Assembly (NCBI GenBank): GCA_946621745.1
Contig: CAMOOV010000001.1
Coordinates: 7,999 to 71,998, forward strand
Source: an uncultured Ruminococcus sp.
GTDB lineage: Bacteria; Bacillota; Clostridia; Oscillospirales; Ruminococcaceae
Reading direction: 5' to 3'
Length of the DNA stretch: 64,000 nt
Shown here: positions 46,136 to 55,533 of the stretch, piece by piece
Position numbering within the stretch: the stretch's first letter is position 1
How the letters are laid out: every line of letters begins with the position of its first letter
The notes under the pieces: generated by a model
What the model was told of the DNA's origin: nothing
The model's input: only the letters and a program-made list of their open reading frames with translations
Databases searched by the model: none
Position numbers and translations under genes: made by a program

Positions 46136-48835
46136 TTGTACGACACAAGTAAAGCCATCACGATCCACCGTGACATTGAGGAGGAAATGCGTTCATCGTT
46201 TCTTGCATATTCGATGTCTGTCATCACCTCCCGTGCGCTGCCGGATGTGCGGGACGGCCTGAAGCCGGTTCACCGCCGCATCCTCTATACGCTGTTTGAA
46301 AAAAGCCTGACACCGGATAAGCCCTACCGTAAGTGCGCCGACATTGTCGGTACGGTGCTGGGTGAATATCACCCGCACGGCGATGCTTCGGTCTATATGG
46401 CGCTGGTGCGTCTGGCGCAGAGCTTTTCGATGCGTTATCCGCTCGTGGACGGCCACGGCAATTTCGGTACCGTTGACGGCGATCCGCCTGCTGCCTACCG
46501 TTATACCGAGGCGAAGATGACGAAAATGTCGCTGGCAATGCTGACGGATATCCAGAAGGAAACCGTCGATTTCCAGTCGAACTACGATGACCGTCTGAAG
46601 GAACCGGTCGTTCTGCCGGCGAGATTCCCGAATCTGCTGGTCAACGGCTCCGAGGGTATCGCAGTCGGTATGGCGTCGCATATCCCGCCGCACAATCTCG
46701 GCGAGGTCATTGATGCGCTGGATTATCTGATGACGAATCCGGATGCGACGCTGGAACAGCTGATGCAGTTCATCAAGGGGCCGGATTTCCCGACCGGCGG
46801 CATCATCATGGGCAGAGCCGGAATGCGCGCTGCCTATGCAACGGGCCGCGGCAAGCTGACCGTCCGCTCCAAGACGGAGATCACCGAGATCAAGAACCGT
46901 CAGTGCATCATCGTTTCGGAGATTCCGTACATGGTGAACAAGGCGGAGCTGATCAAGTCGATCGCGGAGCTGGCAAAGGAAAAGCGCGTCGAGGGCATTC
47001 ACGATATCCGCGACGAATCCGGCCGCAAGGAGAAGGTGCGCATCTGCATCGAGCTGAAAAAGGACGCAAATCCGAATCTTGTGCTGAATCAGCTTTTCCG
47101 CTACACGCAGCTTCAGGATACCTACGGCATGATCAATCTTGCACTGGTCAACGGCATCCCGAAGGAGCTTTCGCTGAAAGAGATCCTCGTTCACTATCTC
47201 GATCATCAGACCGATGTCGTGCAGCGTGCCTGCCGCTTCGATCTGCGCAAGGCGCGTGAGCGTGCGCATCTTTTGCAGGGATTTCTCGTTGCACTGGATT
47301 TCATTGATGAGGTCGTTGAGATCCTGCGTACATCGAAGTCGGTCGCCGAAGGTAAGGAGCGTCTGATCTCGCGCTTTGCCGAGGTCGATCTGACCAAGCT
47401 GCTGGAGGATGAAGCCTACAGCAAGGCAATGGGACTGGCTGTCGATCCCTCCGAGAAGATTTATCCGACCGTCGGACTTTCCGAGGCACAGGCAGATGCG
47501 ATCGTGCAGATGCGTCTCGGTCAGCTGACAGGTCTGGAGCGTGAAAAAATCCTGAACGAAGTCCGCTCGCTCTGCGACAATATCAACGATCTGCGCGATA
47601 TCCTGTCCCACAAGGAGCGCGTGCTGGAGATCATCCGCGAGGATCTCGAAAAGATTCGCGGAAAGTACGGCGATGAGCGCCGCACAGCGATTGAGAGCGT
47701 CAGCGGCGAAATGGATATCGAGGATCTGATTCCGGTCGAGGACTGCGTTGTGACATACACGAATTTCGGCTATATCAAGCGCGTTCCGGCCTCGGTCTAC
47801 AAATCGCAGCGGCGCGGCGGCAGAGGTGTCTCCGGCATGAAGCAGCGCGAGGAGGATTTTGTCTCCGAGATGTTTGTCGGATCGAGCCACGACCATGTGC
47901 TGTTCTTCACGAACCGCGGCATCATGTTCGATCTGAAATGCTTCGAGATCCCGATGGGCGGCAGAGATTCCAAGGGTACGAATATCATCAATCTGCTCCC
48001 GCTCGCTGAAAATGAAAAGATCGCTGCGATGATGAAGGTCAGCGAATTCAACGATGAAAGCTATATCGTCATGGTGACGAAGAACGGCAAGATCAAGCGG
48101 ACGGCGCTGCCGGCATACAAGAATGTCCGGAAAAACGGCCTGATCGCGATCAAGCTGGAGGAGGGCGACGAGATCGCCGGTGTGCGCATGACAGGCGGAC
48201 ACGATCAGCTCTTTGTTGCGACAAGGAACGGCATGGCGATCCGTGTCGATGAAAACTGCATCCGGCCGCAGGGCAGAAGTGCGCACGGTGTCCGGATCAT
48301 GAAGCTGCGCGGCGATGACGAGATCGTCTCAATGGCGAGAGTCCGCGCAGGCGCAACGCTGCTGACCGTCACGGAAAAGGGCTTCGGCAAGCGTTCGCGG
48401 ATCGAGGATTACCGCATCCAGAACCGCGGCGGCTTCGGTCTCAATAACTATAAGCCGGATGAAGAACGCGGAAAGGTATGCGGCATCAAGGTCGTCGATG
48501 AGACCGATGATATCATGATGATCTCAAGCGACGGCATCATCATCCGCATCCGCACCGCTGATATCCGCATCATGGGCAGAATGGCAAAGGGTGTCCGCGT
48601 GATGCGCGTCTCGGAGGACGGCAGAGTGATGTCCTTCACGCGTACCGAGCATGAGGATGACGCGGAGATCACCGAGGTCGAGCAGCTCTCCGAGGAGGAG
48701 CTGAAGGCGCAGGAGGCAGAGGCAGCAGCAGAGGAATCTGCCGAGAGCGCAGAAATTGCTGCGGAGGAGGCCGCCGAAGCGGAGGAACCCGCAGAGGATG
48801 ACGAGCCCGATGAGGACGCATTCGACGAAGAATAA
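46136..48835 (+). CDS. gyrA: DNA gyrase subunit A
   Basis: TTG start with RBS aagaggagg. [20 protein letters not shown] and [10 protein letters not shown] (catalytic Tyr region). Acidic C-terminal tail. Confidence 0.97.
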   Translation: MYDTSKAITIHRDIEEEMRSSFLAYSMSVITSRALPDVRDGLKPVHRRILYTLFEKSLTPDKPYRKCADIVGTVLGEYHPHGDASVYMALVRLAQSFSMRYPLVDGHGNFGTVDGDPPAAYRYTEAKMTKMSLAMLTDIQKETVDFQSNYDDRLKEPVVLPARFPNLLVNGSEGIAVGMASHIPPHNLGEVIDALDYLMTNPDATLEQLMQFIKGPDFPTGGIIMGRAGMRAAYATGRGKLTVRSKTEITEIKNRQCIIVSEIPYMVNKAELIKSIAELAKEKRVEGIHDIRDESGRKEKVRICIELKKDANPNLVLNQLFRYTQLQDTYGMINLALVNGIPKELSLKEILVHYLDHQTDVVQRACRFDLRKARERAHLLQGFLVALDFIDEVVEILRTSKSVAEGKERLISRFAEVDLTKLLEDEAYSKAMGLAVDPSEKIYPTVGLSEAQADAIVQMRLGQLTGLEREKILNEVRSLCDNINDLRDILSHKERVLEIIREDLEKIRGKYGDERRTAIESVSGEMDIEDLIPVEDCVVTYTNFGYIKRVPASVYKSQRRGGRGVSGMKQREEDFVSEMFVGSSHDHVLFFTNRGIMFDLKCFEIPMGGRDSKGTNIINLLPLAENEKIAAMMKVSEFNDESYIVMVTKNGKIKRTALPAYKNVRKNGLIAIKLEEGDEIAGVRMTGGHDQLFVATRNGMAIRVDENCIRPQGRSAHGVRIMKLRGDDEIVSMARVRAGATLLTVTEKGFGKRSRIEDYRIQNRGGFGLNNYKPDEERGKVCGIKVVDETDDIMMISSDGIIIRIRTADIRIMGRMAKGVRVMRVSEDGRVMSFTRTEHEDDAEITEVEQLSEEELKAQEAEAAAEESAESAEIAAEEAAEAEEPAEDDEPDEDAFDEE

Positions 48836-48854
48836 CGGATAAGGGGGCTGCCGG

Positions 48855-49295
48855 ATGGAACGCGGAGAGACCGTGAAGCGATGCATACTGATATTTTTCG
48901 GCAGCCTGTTTCTGCAAATTTTCTGCTGGGTGATGTATTCCCTGCTGGAAATGCGCATCTGGATGTGCGGGCTTTCCGTCCTCGTGACGGCCTTGCTCTA
49001 TCATTTCCTGCAAACGGAGGAGCAGACCGGATTATCGCGTAAAAGCGTGTTTTTTGCGGCGATCCTCGCGCCGTTTGTAATGAGCCTTGCAGTGACGGTC
49101 ATCCAGCTTCTGAAATATCCGAATCTCAGTTTGCTGAGTGCTTCGCTGGACGGCGTTTCACCGATGACGGAGACAGTCTCGCTCTATGCGACGCGGCTTG
49201 CGCTGAACGGCGTGATCCTGCTGATCTTTGCGGCGATCGACCGCACATTTCTGCGGAAGCCGAAAAAGGAGCAGAAAGATGAAAAATCTTCGTAA
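48855..49295 (+). CDS. small multi-TM membrane protein, unknown function
   Basis: Four hydrophobic segments and no motif. Confidence 0.4.
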   Translation: MERGETVKRCILIFFGSLFLQIFCWVMYSLLEMRIWMCGLSVLVTALLYHFLQTEEQTGLSRKSVFFAAILAPFVMSLAVTVIQLLKYPNLSLLSASLDGVSPMTETVSLYATRLALNGVILLIFAAIDRTFLRKPKKEQKDEKSS

Positions 49296-49689
49296 ATGCG
49301 CGGTTTTATTTCTGCTTCCGCTGCATATACTGTTGATTCTGATGTTCGTATTCGGTGAACCGGCGGATTATATTTACAGCATTGCGGCGCTCGGCGTGCT
49401 GCTTGCGGATTTCGCGCTGTCGTTTCTGCAAATGGAAATCTTCACCTCGCGGCGGAACAGCATCCGGAATGTGATGCACGATTTCCGGGCGTATATACTT
49501 GAAAAACTCGCGGTCATCGCCGCGGACTGGATCATCATTCTGCTGATGACGCAGGGGGATATTCTGCGCAGTGAATACAAATACTGCGTGGCCGGCGTTC
49601 TTGTAACGGCGGCGGCAATCCTGAGCGCGGTCGTGACCTTTGTGACCGCTGCGGCGCGCACGATGCTGTATCATGATGAAAAGAGGTAA
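49279..49689 (+). CDS. small multi-TM membrane protein, unknown function
   Basis: Start moved to MKNLRKCAVLFLLPL (ATG 49279), overlapping the upstream ORF. Four hydrophobic segments. Confidence 0.4.
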   Translation: MKNLRKCAVLFLLPLHILLILMFVFGEPADYIYSIAALGVLLADFALSFLQMEIFTSRRNSIRNVMHDFRAYILEKLAVIAADWIIILLMTQGDILRSEYKYCVAGVLVTAAAILSAVVTFVTAAARTMLYHDEKR

Positions 49690-49694
49690 CATAT

Positions 49695-50336
49695 ATGACA
49701 AATGCGGAGATCCTTTCGCATATTGACCATACGGTGCTGAAGCCGACTGCAAAATGGGAGGATATTGCGCAGATCTGCGAGGAGGCGCTGCAATATCACA
49801 CCGCATCGGTCTGCATCCCGCCCTATTGGGTGAAGCAGGCGCATGAAACCTATCCGGCACTCAATATCTGCACGGTCGTCGGCTTTCCGCTGGGCTATTC
49901 GACAGCCGCAGCAAAGGCCGCGGAAGCAGAGGAAGCGATCCGCCTCGGCGCATCCGAGATCGACATGGTAATCAATGTATCTGCACTGAAAAACGGCAAT
50001 GATGATGTTGTTTTCGAGGAGATCAGGGCGCTGCGAAAGGTCTGTCATGATACGGTGCTGAAGGTCATCATCGAGACCTGTTATCTGACGGAGGAGGAAA
50101 AGATCCGCTGCTGTGAGCTGGTGACAGAGGCCGGCGCGGATTATATCAAGACCTCGACAGGCTTCGGCACGGCGGGCGCAGAACTGGACGATATTGCGCT
50201 GTTCAAAAAGCATATCGGCAGCAGCGTAAAGATCAAGGCTGCGGGAGGCATCCGCACCCGCGAAGCAATGGAAGCCTTTCTCGCGGCGGGCTGTGACCGC
50301 ATCGGATGCAGCGCCGCAAAGATTTTGTTTACATAA
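49695..50336 (+). CDS. deoC: deoxyribose-phosphate aldolase
   Basis: IDHTVLKPTA, SVCIPPYWV, VVGFPLG, KVIIET and DYIKTSTGF (Schiff-base Lys). Confidence 0.9.
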   Translation: MTNAEILSHIDHTVLKPTAKWEDIAQICEEALQYHTASVCIPPYWVKQAHETYPALNICTVVGFPLGYSTAAAKAAEAEEAIRLGASEIDMVINVSALKNGNDDVVFEEIRALRKVCHDTVLKVIIETCYLTEEEKIRCCELVTEAGADYIKTSTGFGTAGAELDDIALFKKHIGSSVKIKAAGGIRTREAMEAFLAAGCDRIGCSAAKILFT

Positions 50337-50995
50337 TGGAGATTCTGCTCTCTGCCTACGAAAAAACAACGCATCAGCTGATGTTTCGCGTCTATGCAGA
50401 ACCGCTTCCCGATACCGGCAGGCGGCAGAGCCACAGGGCGGCACATTTCGCGGCGCTCGATCTGCTCGGCGCGGCACTTGCGGAGGATTTCGGCGTATAT
50501 CATGCCGTCATCCGGCGCAGCGGACTCGGAAAACCGCAGCTGATACATGATTTTCTGCATATGAATATTTCGCACTGCCGCGGGCTTGCAGTTGCGGCGG
50601 CCGGCAGAATGCCGCTCGGCGTGGATGCTGAAGCGCCGCGCAGTGTTCCGGATTCCCTGCTCGAAAAGGTCTGCACGCCGGCGGAGATCGCCGCGATCCG
50701 TGCAGCCGAAGATAAAAACCGCGCATTTTCGCGCTTTTGGACACTCAAGGAGGCCTATGCAAAATGGGACGGCCGCGGCCTTGCGATTGGCTTTGCATCG
50801 CTCGGCTTCACGCTTTCGGATGCGATTATCTTTCATCATCCGGCGGCGGAGGCAGTCCGGTTTGTGCAGTTCCCCTATTTTGATTCACACATCGTTTCGT
50901 TATGCTATCCGTCAGGCAGCGCGCTCTGTCTGACAACCCCAATCCCGATACTTCAATCACGACCGAACGGAGGGCTTATCCATGCTGACGATTGA
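50336..50995 (+). CDS. 4'-phosphopantetheinyl transferase (Sfp-type)
   Basis: Start moved to MEILLSAYE (TAATG overlap with deoC). GKPQL, NISHCRGLAVAA, GVDAE and FWTLKEAYAKWDG. Confidence 0.75.
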   Translation: MEILLSAYEKTTHQLMFRVYAEPLPDTGRRQSHRAAHFAALDLLGAALAEDFGVYHAVIRRSGLGKPQLIHDFLHMNISHCRGLAVAAAGRMPLGVDAEAPRSVPDSLLEKVCTPAEIAAIRAAEDKNRAFSRFWTLKEAYAKWDGRGLAIGFASLGFTLSDAIIFHHPAAEAVRFVQFPYFDSHIVSLCYPSGSALCLTTPIPILQSRPNGGLIHADD

Positions 50996-51752
50996 TTTAC
51001 GCGGCAGTCTTGCCGTCATTACAGGCGCATCCGGAATGCTTGGGCGCGTGATCGCTGCGGCATTCGCAGACTGCGGTGCCGATCTGGTGCTGCATTATTT
51101 CCATGGCAGAGAGGAAGCCGAGGCGTTGGCCGTTGAGCTGCGCCGCAAGACCGGCAGACGCATTATGACCGTTCAGGCGGACATCACCTCGCCGGAGGAT
51201 GTGCTGCACATGAAAAAAGAGGTCATTCAGCGTATGGGTGTGCCGGATATTCTCGTTCACAATGCGGTCATCCAGTATGACTGGAAGCCGATCATTGACC
51301 AGCCGCTGATCGACTTTGACGGGCAGTATCAGTCCTGCGTCATGCAGACTGTCCACATGGTCAAAGCATTTGTGCCGGAGCTGATCGAAAAGGGCAGCGG
51401 CGGGCGCATCGTCGTGATCAATACGGAATGTGCTGCAATGGCCGAGGCCGGATGCGGTGCATATACGGCGGCGAAGCGCGGTCTGGACGGCATCGTCCGC
51501 GTGCTGGCGAAGGAGCTGGGGCCGCATAAGATCACGGTCAATCAGGTCGCGCCGGGCTGGACGATCACCGAAAACGACCGCCGCAATCACACCGAGTCGC
51601 AGCCGGATTATGAGAAATCCGTTCCGCTGGGACGCCGCGGCACCGATCAGGAAATCGCGCAGATGTGTGCATTTCTCGCATCGCCGCTCGCATCGTTCAC
51701 GACCGGCGCATATATTCCGGTCTCCGGCGGCAGAGTAATGCCGGCGATCTGA
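50982..51752 (+). CDS. SDR-family oxidoreductase (FabG-like)
   Basis: ITGASGMLG (TGxxxGxG), NAV and YTAAK (YxxxK). Confidence 0.8.
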   Translation: MLTIDLRGSLAVITGASGMLGRVIAAAFADCGADLVLHYFHGREEAEALAVELRRKTGRRIMTVQADITSPEDVLHMKKEVIQRMGVPDILVHNAVIQYDWKPIIDQPLIDFDGQYQSCVMQTVHMVKAFVPELIEKGSGGRIVVINTECAAMAEAGCGAYTAAKRGLDGIVRVLAKELGPHKITVNQVAPGWTITENDRRNHTESQPDYEKSVPLGRRGTDQEIAQMCAFLASPLASFTTGAYIPVSGGRVMPAI

Positions 51753-51774
51753 TGCAGAAACGGAGGCACATGAA

Positions 51775-52308
51775 GTGAAAATCGAACTGACACCGGGCAA
51801 ATACTTCCGCGAGGGAAAATATTACAGCAAGCGCTTTGATCAGGAGATGGAGGTCGCAGTGGCGCTCGATGCCAAGGTCAGCGATGAATATATCAGTCGC
51901 TGTGTGGATACTGTTGAAAGCTTTTCCGGAGAAACGATCACCGAGCTTTGCGAGGCGGCAAAGCGCTATGCGCTGGCGTTTATCGAGTTGTTAAAAGAGG
52001 ATGCGGGCGAGGATTTTTCCTTTGAGGACGAAGATCTGCCCGTCATTACGGAGGATACGCCCGCAGGTGAAATGATGCAGTATGTTCAGATCGGTGAACT
52101 GCTCATTGATGAGCCGGAGCAGGAGGGACAGCTGTATTTCCGTTTCAGCGGCGGATGTGACTGGGAGATCGAGCACGGCTTTGAAGCGGCGTTTCAGGAC
52201 GGCAGGCTTGTCTATGTCGGCGCGTATGAGCAGGTAACGCCCTCCCGTCTCGGCTATTACATCAACAAGCAGGGCAGAGAATGGAATTACGCGCTCAGTG
52301 AGAAATAA
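51775..52308 (+). CDS. acidic cytoplasmic protein, unknown function
   Basis: GTG start, 177 aa, with FRFSGGCDWEIEHGFEAAF. I cannot assign a family. Confidence 0.45.
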   Translation: MKIELTPGKYFREGKYYSKRFDQEMEVAVALDAKVSDEYISRCVDTVESFSGETITELCEAAKRYALAFIELLKEDAGEDFSFEDEDLPVITEDTPAGEMMQYVQIGELLIDEPEQEGQLYFRFSGGCDWEIEHGFEAAFQDGRLVYVGAYEQVTPSRLGYYINKQGREWNYALSEK

Positions 52309-52353
52309 CCGTTGCTGCCTGAATAACATACCGAATGAAAGGAATCAAGATCA

Positions 52354-53787
52354 ATGAGTACAAACAGCTATGAATCCCCGTTCTGCACCCGCTATGCGAG
52401 CAAGGAGATGCAGTATCTCTTTTCCGCAGACAAGAAGTTTTCGACATGGCGCCGCCTCTGGGTCGCACTGGCAAGAGCCGAGCATGAGCTTGGCCTGAAT
52501 GTCACTGCCGAGCAGGTCGCGGAGCTGGAAGCGCATATCACGGATATCGACTATGAAGCCGCCGCGAAGCGTGAAAAGGAATGCCGTCACGATGTCATGT
52601 CCCATGTGTATGCATACGGCCTTGTCTGCCCGAATGCAAAGGGCATCATCCATCTCGGCGCTACATCCTGCTATGTCGGCGACAATACTGATATCATCAT
52701 CATGCGGGATGCGCTGAAGCTCGTCCGCACGAAGATCGTGACTGTCCTGCGGAATCTGTCGAAATTCGCGGAGGAATGGAAAGCGCAGCCCTGCCTTGCC
52801 TATACGCACTGCCAGCCCGCACAGCTGACGACTGTCGGCAAGCGTGCGACACTCTGGATGAACGAGCTGCTCATGGATCTTGAGGAGCTGGATTTTCAGA
52901 TCGGCAGAATGAAGCTGCTCGGCTCCAAGGGCACGACCGGTACACAGGCATCCTTCATGGAGCTGTTCCACGGCGACGGTACGAAAATCCGCGCAATGGA
53001 AGCGAAGATCGCCGTTGAAATGGGCTTTGCGCCGGACGCGATCGTTCCGGTCTCCGGCCAGACATATTCCCGCAAGGTCGATGCACAGGTGCTGAATGTG
53101 CTTTCCGGCATTGCGCAGAGCGCGATGAAATTTGCGAATGATATGCGTCTGCTCCAGTCCTTCAAGGAAATGGAGGAGCCGTTTGAATCCGGCCAGATCG
53201 GTTCGTCGGCAATGGCATATAAGCGCAATCCGATGCGCTGCGAGCGGATCACTGCACTTGCCCGTTATCTGATGACCGATACGCTGAATCCGGCATTCAC
53301 CGCCGGCACGCAGTGGTTTGAGCGCACGCTCGACGACTCCGCGAACAAGCGCATTGCCGTTGCGGAGGGCTTCCTCGCGGCGGATGCGATCCTGAATATC
53401 ATGATGAATGTCACGAGCGGCATGGTCGTATATCCGGCCGTGATCCGTCAGCGCGTCATGGCGGAGCTGCCGTTCATGGCGACGGAAAATGTCATTATGG
53501 ATGCAGCGGCAAACGGCGGCGACCGTCAGGAGCTGCATGAGCATATCCGTGTGCATTCGATGGAAGCGGGCGCAGAGGTTAAGCAGAAGGGTCTGAAGAA
53601 CGATCTTTGCGAGCGAATTGTCAATGATCCGATCTTCGGCGTGACGGCGGAGGAGCTGGAGAGCAAGCTCGATCCCGCGAATTACACCGGCAGAAGCGTG
53701 CAGCAGGTCGAGGAATTTCTGGAGGAATTCATCGCGCCGGTGCTCGCAGATGCAGAGACCGCAGATGATGTTGAGCTGACAGTCTGA
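52354..53787 (+). CDS. purB: adenylosuccinate lyase (long form)
   Basis: SPFCTRYASKEMQYLFS and the fumarate-lyase signature GSSAMAYKRNPMRCE. Confidence 0.95.
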   Translation: MSTNSYESPFCTRYASKEMQYLFSADKKFSTWRRLWVALARAEHELGLNVTAEQVAELEAHITDIDYEAAAKREKECRHDVMSHVYAYGLVCPNAKGIIHLGATSCYVGDNTDIIIMRDALKLVRTKIVTVLRNLSKFAEEWKAQPCLAYTHCQPAQLTTVGKRATLWMNELLMDLEELDFQIGRMKLLGSKGTTGTQASFMELFHGDGTKIRAMEAKIAVEMGFAPDAIVPVSGQTYSRKVDAQVLNVLSGIAQSAMKFANDMRLLQSFKEMEEPFESGQIGSSAMAYKRNPMRCERITALARYLMTDTLNPAFTAGTQWFERTLDDSANKRIAVAEGFLAADAILNIMMNVTSGMVVYPAVIRQRVMAELPFMATENVIMDAAANGGDRQELHEHIRVHSMEAGAEVKQKGLKNDLCERIVNDPIFGVTAEELESKLDPANYTGRSVQQVEEFLEEFIAPVLADAETADDVELTV

Positions 53788-54012
53788 GCAGAGATTTATC
53801 ATTCGCTTCCGGCGATGTCATCCAAAGTTTTTGGTCGAGCTTTTTTCAAAAAACTTGCGGAGTCCTACATGAAAGAGCTGGCTCTTTCATGTAAGGCAGA
53901 GCCTCTGGTCGCCCTCCGCAGAGGGCGAAACTCCCCCGGCGTTCAAGAGCTCGGCGGGCTTGGGGACCTGCGATAGAGGTCCCCATTCTAAAGTAGCATC
54001 CGCGAAGCGGAT
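53788..54012 (-). repeat. modular hairpin repeat, copy C (most complete)
   Basis: The reverse complement reads tccgcttcgcggatgctactttagaatggggacctctatcgcaggtcccc...gggggagtttcgccctctgcggagggcg...ccgcaagttttttgaaaaaagctcgaccaaaaactttggatgacatcgccggaagcgaa. It matches D over its left half and A over its right half. Confidence 0.8.
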
Positions 54013-54169
54013 TCCTCTTTATATCTGAAAACGATAATATTTGTACGCTTTTGTCTGAGCGCATAGTCGAAAAAGTCAGCATTTTCGCGGTTATTATTGC
54101 CATAACCGCCCGTGACGCTTCCGCAAAATCCGGCAAAATCATGAATCAGCAGTTTTTTTTCGCCGGATA

Positions 54170-54198
54170 GTGACAAACCGGAATTTTTGTGATATAAT
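54170..54198 (+). promoter_or_regulatory. sigma-A promoter for the VanY-like gene
   Basis: GTGACA, a 17-nt spacer, then TATAAT with a TGa extended -10. Confidence 0.45.
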
Positions 54199-54242
54199 AT
54201 ACAGGAAGCATTATCAAACCCAAAAGGAAAGGATCATCAAAA

Positions 54243-55445
54243 ATGGCAACTCAGAAAAAGAAAAAAAATTCGCCGCTGCCGCTTGCGACGGTCGCCGTCT
54301 TCGGCGCAGCAGCGCTCGTCACGCTGGTCGTTTACGATCATACGCCGCGCACCGAATCCATGACAGTCGGTGAGAATTCCGCGGCTGTTTCAGAGCTTCC
54401 CGCCCAGACTACGGTTACTACGGAGGGAACTGCTATGCTGACAACCGATACCACCACCGTTCTGACGACGACCGTCACGGAGGCGACTCAGCCGCTTCCG
54501 CCCGGCTCCGTCACCGGTATCTCGCTGACATTCTACAGCTGTGCGCTCAAGGTCGGCGGCAACCGTGTTATGCCGATCGTTACCATGACACCGGAGACCG
54601 CGACGGACAAATCCGAGAAATGGGAATCCTCCGATCCCGCCGTCGCAACGGTTGACGGCATCGGCTGGATCACACCGGTCGGCGCAGGCAAATGCACGGT
54701 CAAGGTCACATCCGTCAACAATCCCGCTGTCTTTGCAGAGGTCGTTGTCAGTGTGACGGATCCGAATGCACCCACAGCGGCAAGCACCGTTCCGATCGGC
54801 GGCACCGCGCCTGCCGAGACTGCGGCCCCCGCTGCTGAGGGCACTGCATCCGCAGAAAGCGGCGCGCCGGCACCGGCCGCACCGACTGCCAATACGACCG
54901 TCAACGGTCGTCTGGAGGTCAAGGACGGCATCACCTATATTGACGGCATCATGATCGTCAACAAGACATATTCGCTGCCGGCATCCTATGATCCGGGCGC
55001 ACTGACACCGGACGCGGATCAGGCATTTGCGATGCTGCAAAAGGCGGCAAAGCTCGACGGTCTGACCATGAACTGTGTTTCCGGCTACCGCTCCTATCAG
55101 GCGCAGGATACGCTCTATCACAATTATGTAGCGCGTGACGGTCAGGCGGCCGCCGACCGATTCTCCGCACGTCCCGGCCATTCCGAGCATCAGACCGGTC
55201 TGTGTCTGGATGTCAACTATGCCGGCGATGCGTTCCACGATACGCCCGAAGCAAAGTGGCTGGAGGAAAACAGCTGGAAGTACGGCTTTATCATCCGCTA
55301 TCCGAAGGGCAAGGAGGATATCACCGGATTCAAGTATGAGTCGTGGCATATCCGCTATGTCGGTACGGATTACGCAAAGCTGATCCATGACAGCGGCCTC
55401 TGCCTTGAGGAGTATTTCGGCATCGACTCCAAATACGCGGAATAA
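54243..55445 (+). CDS. membrane-anchored Big_2 + M15B (VanY-type) D-Ala-D-Ala carboxypeptidase
   Basis: Big_2 (ATVDGIGWITPVGAGKCTVKVTS). M15 motifs SGYRSYQAQ, RPGHSEHQTGLCLDV and ESWHIRYVG. Confidence 0.85.
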   Translation: MATQKKKKNSPLPLATVAVFGAAALVTLVVYDHTPRTESMTVGENSAAVSELPAQTTVTTEGTAMLTTDTTTVLTTTVTEATQPLPPGSVTGISLTFYSCALKVGGNRVMPIVTMTPETATDKSEKWESSDPAVATVDGIGWITPVGAGKCTVKVTSVNNPAVFAEVVVSVTDPNAPTAASTVPIGGTAPAETAAPAAEGTASAESGAPAPAAPTANTTVNGRLEVKDGITYIDGIMIVNKTYSLPASYDPGALTPDADQAFAMLQKAAKLDGLTMNCVSGYRSYQAQDTLYHNYVARDGQAAADRFSARPGHSEHQTGLCLDVNYAGDAFHDTPEAKWLEENSWKYGFIIRYPKGKEDITGFKYESWHIRYVGTDYAKLIHDSGLCLEEYFGIDSKYAE

Positions 55446-55461
55446 CCGGCTCAGCCGACAA

Positions 55462-55499
55462 CAGCCCGAAAGCATTGTGATTGCTTTCGGGCTGTTTTT
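55462..55499. terminator. bidirectional intrinsic terminator (VanY-like gene / GGDEF gene)
   Basis: 13-bp stem cagcccgaaagca/tgctttcgggctg followed by ttttt. Confidence 0.7.
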
Positions 55500-55533
55500 G
55501 TGTAATACAGGGAATCCGGCGTATTGTTCCACA

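Noticed and set aside
53846-54176. ORFs of 98 aa and 62 aa on the minus strand between purB and the VanY-like gene.
   Set aside because: They are translations of hairpin-repeat copy C and of the promoter region. Equivalent pseudo-ORFs appear over copies A (14579-15019) and B (18202-18768).
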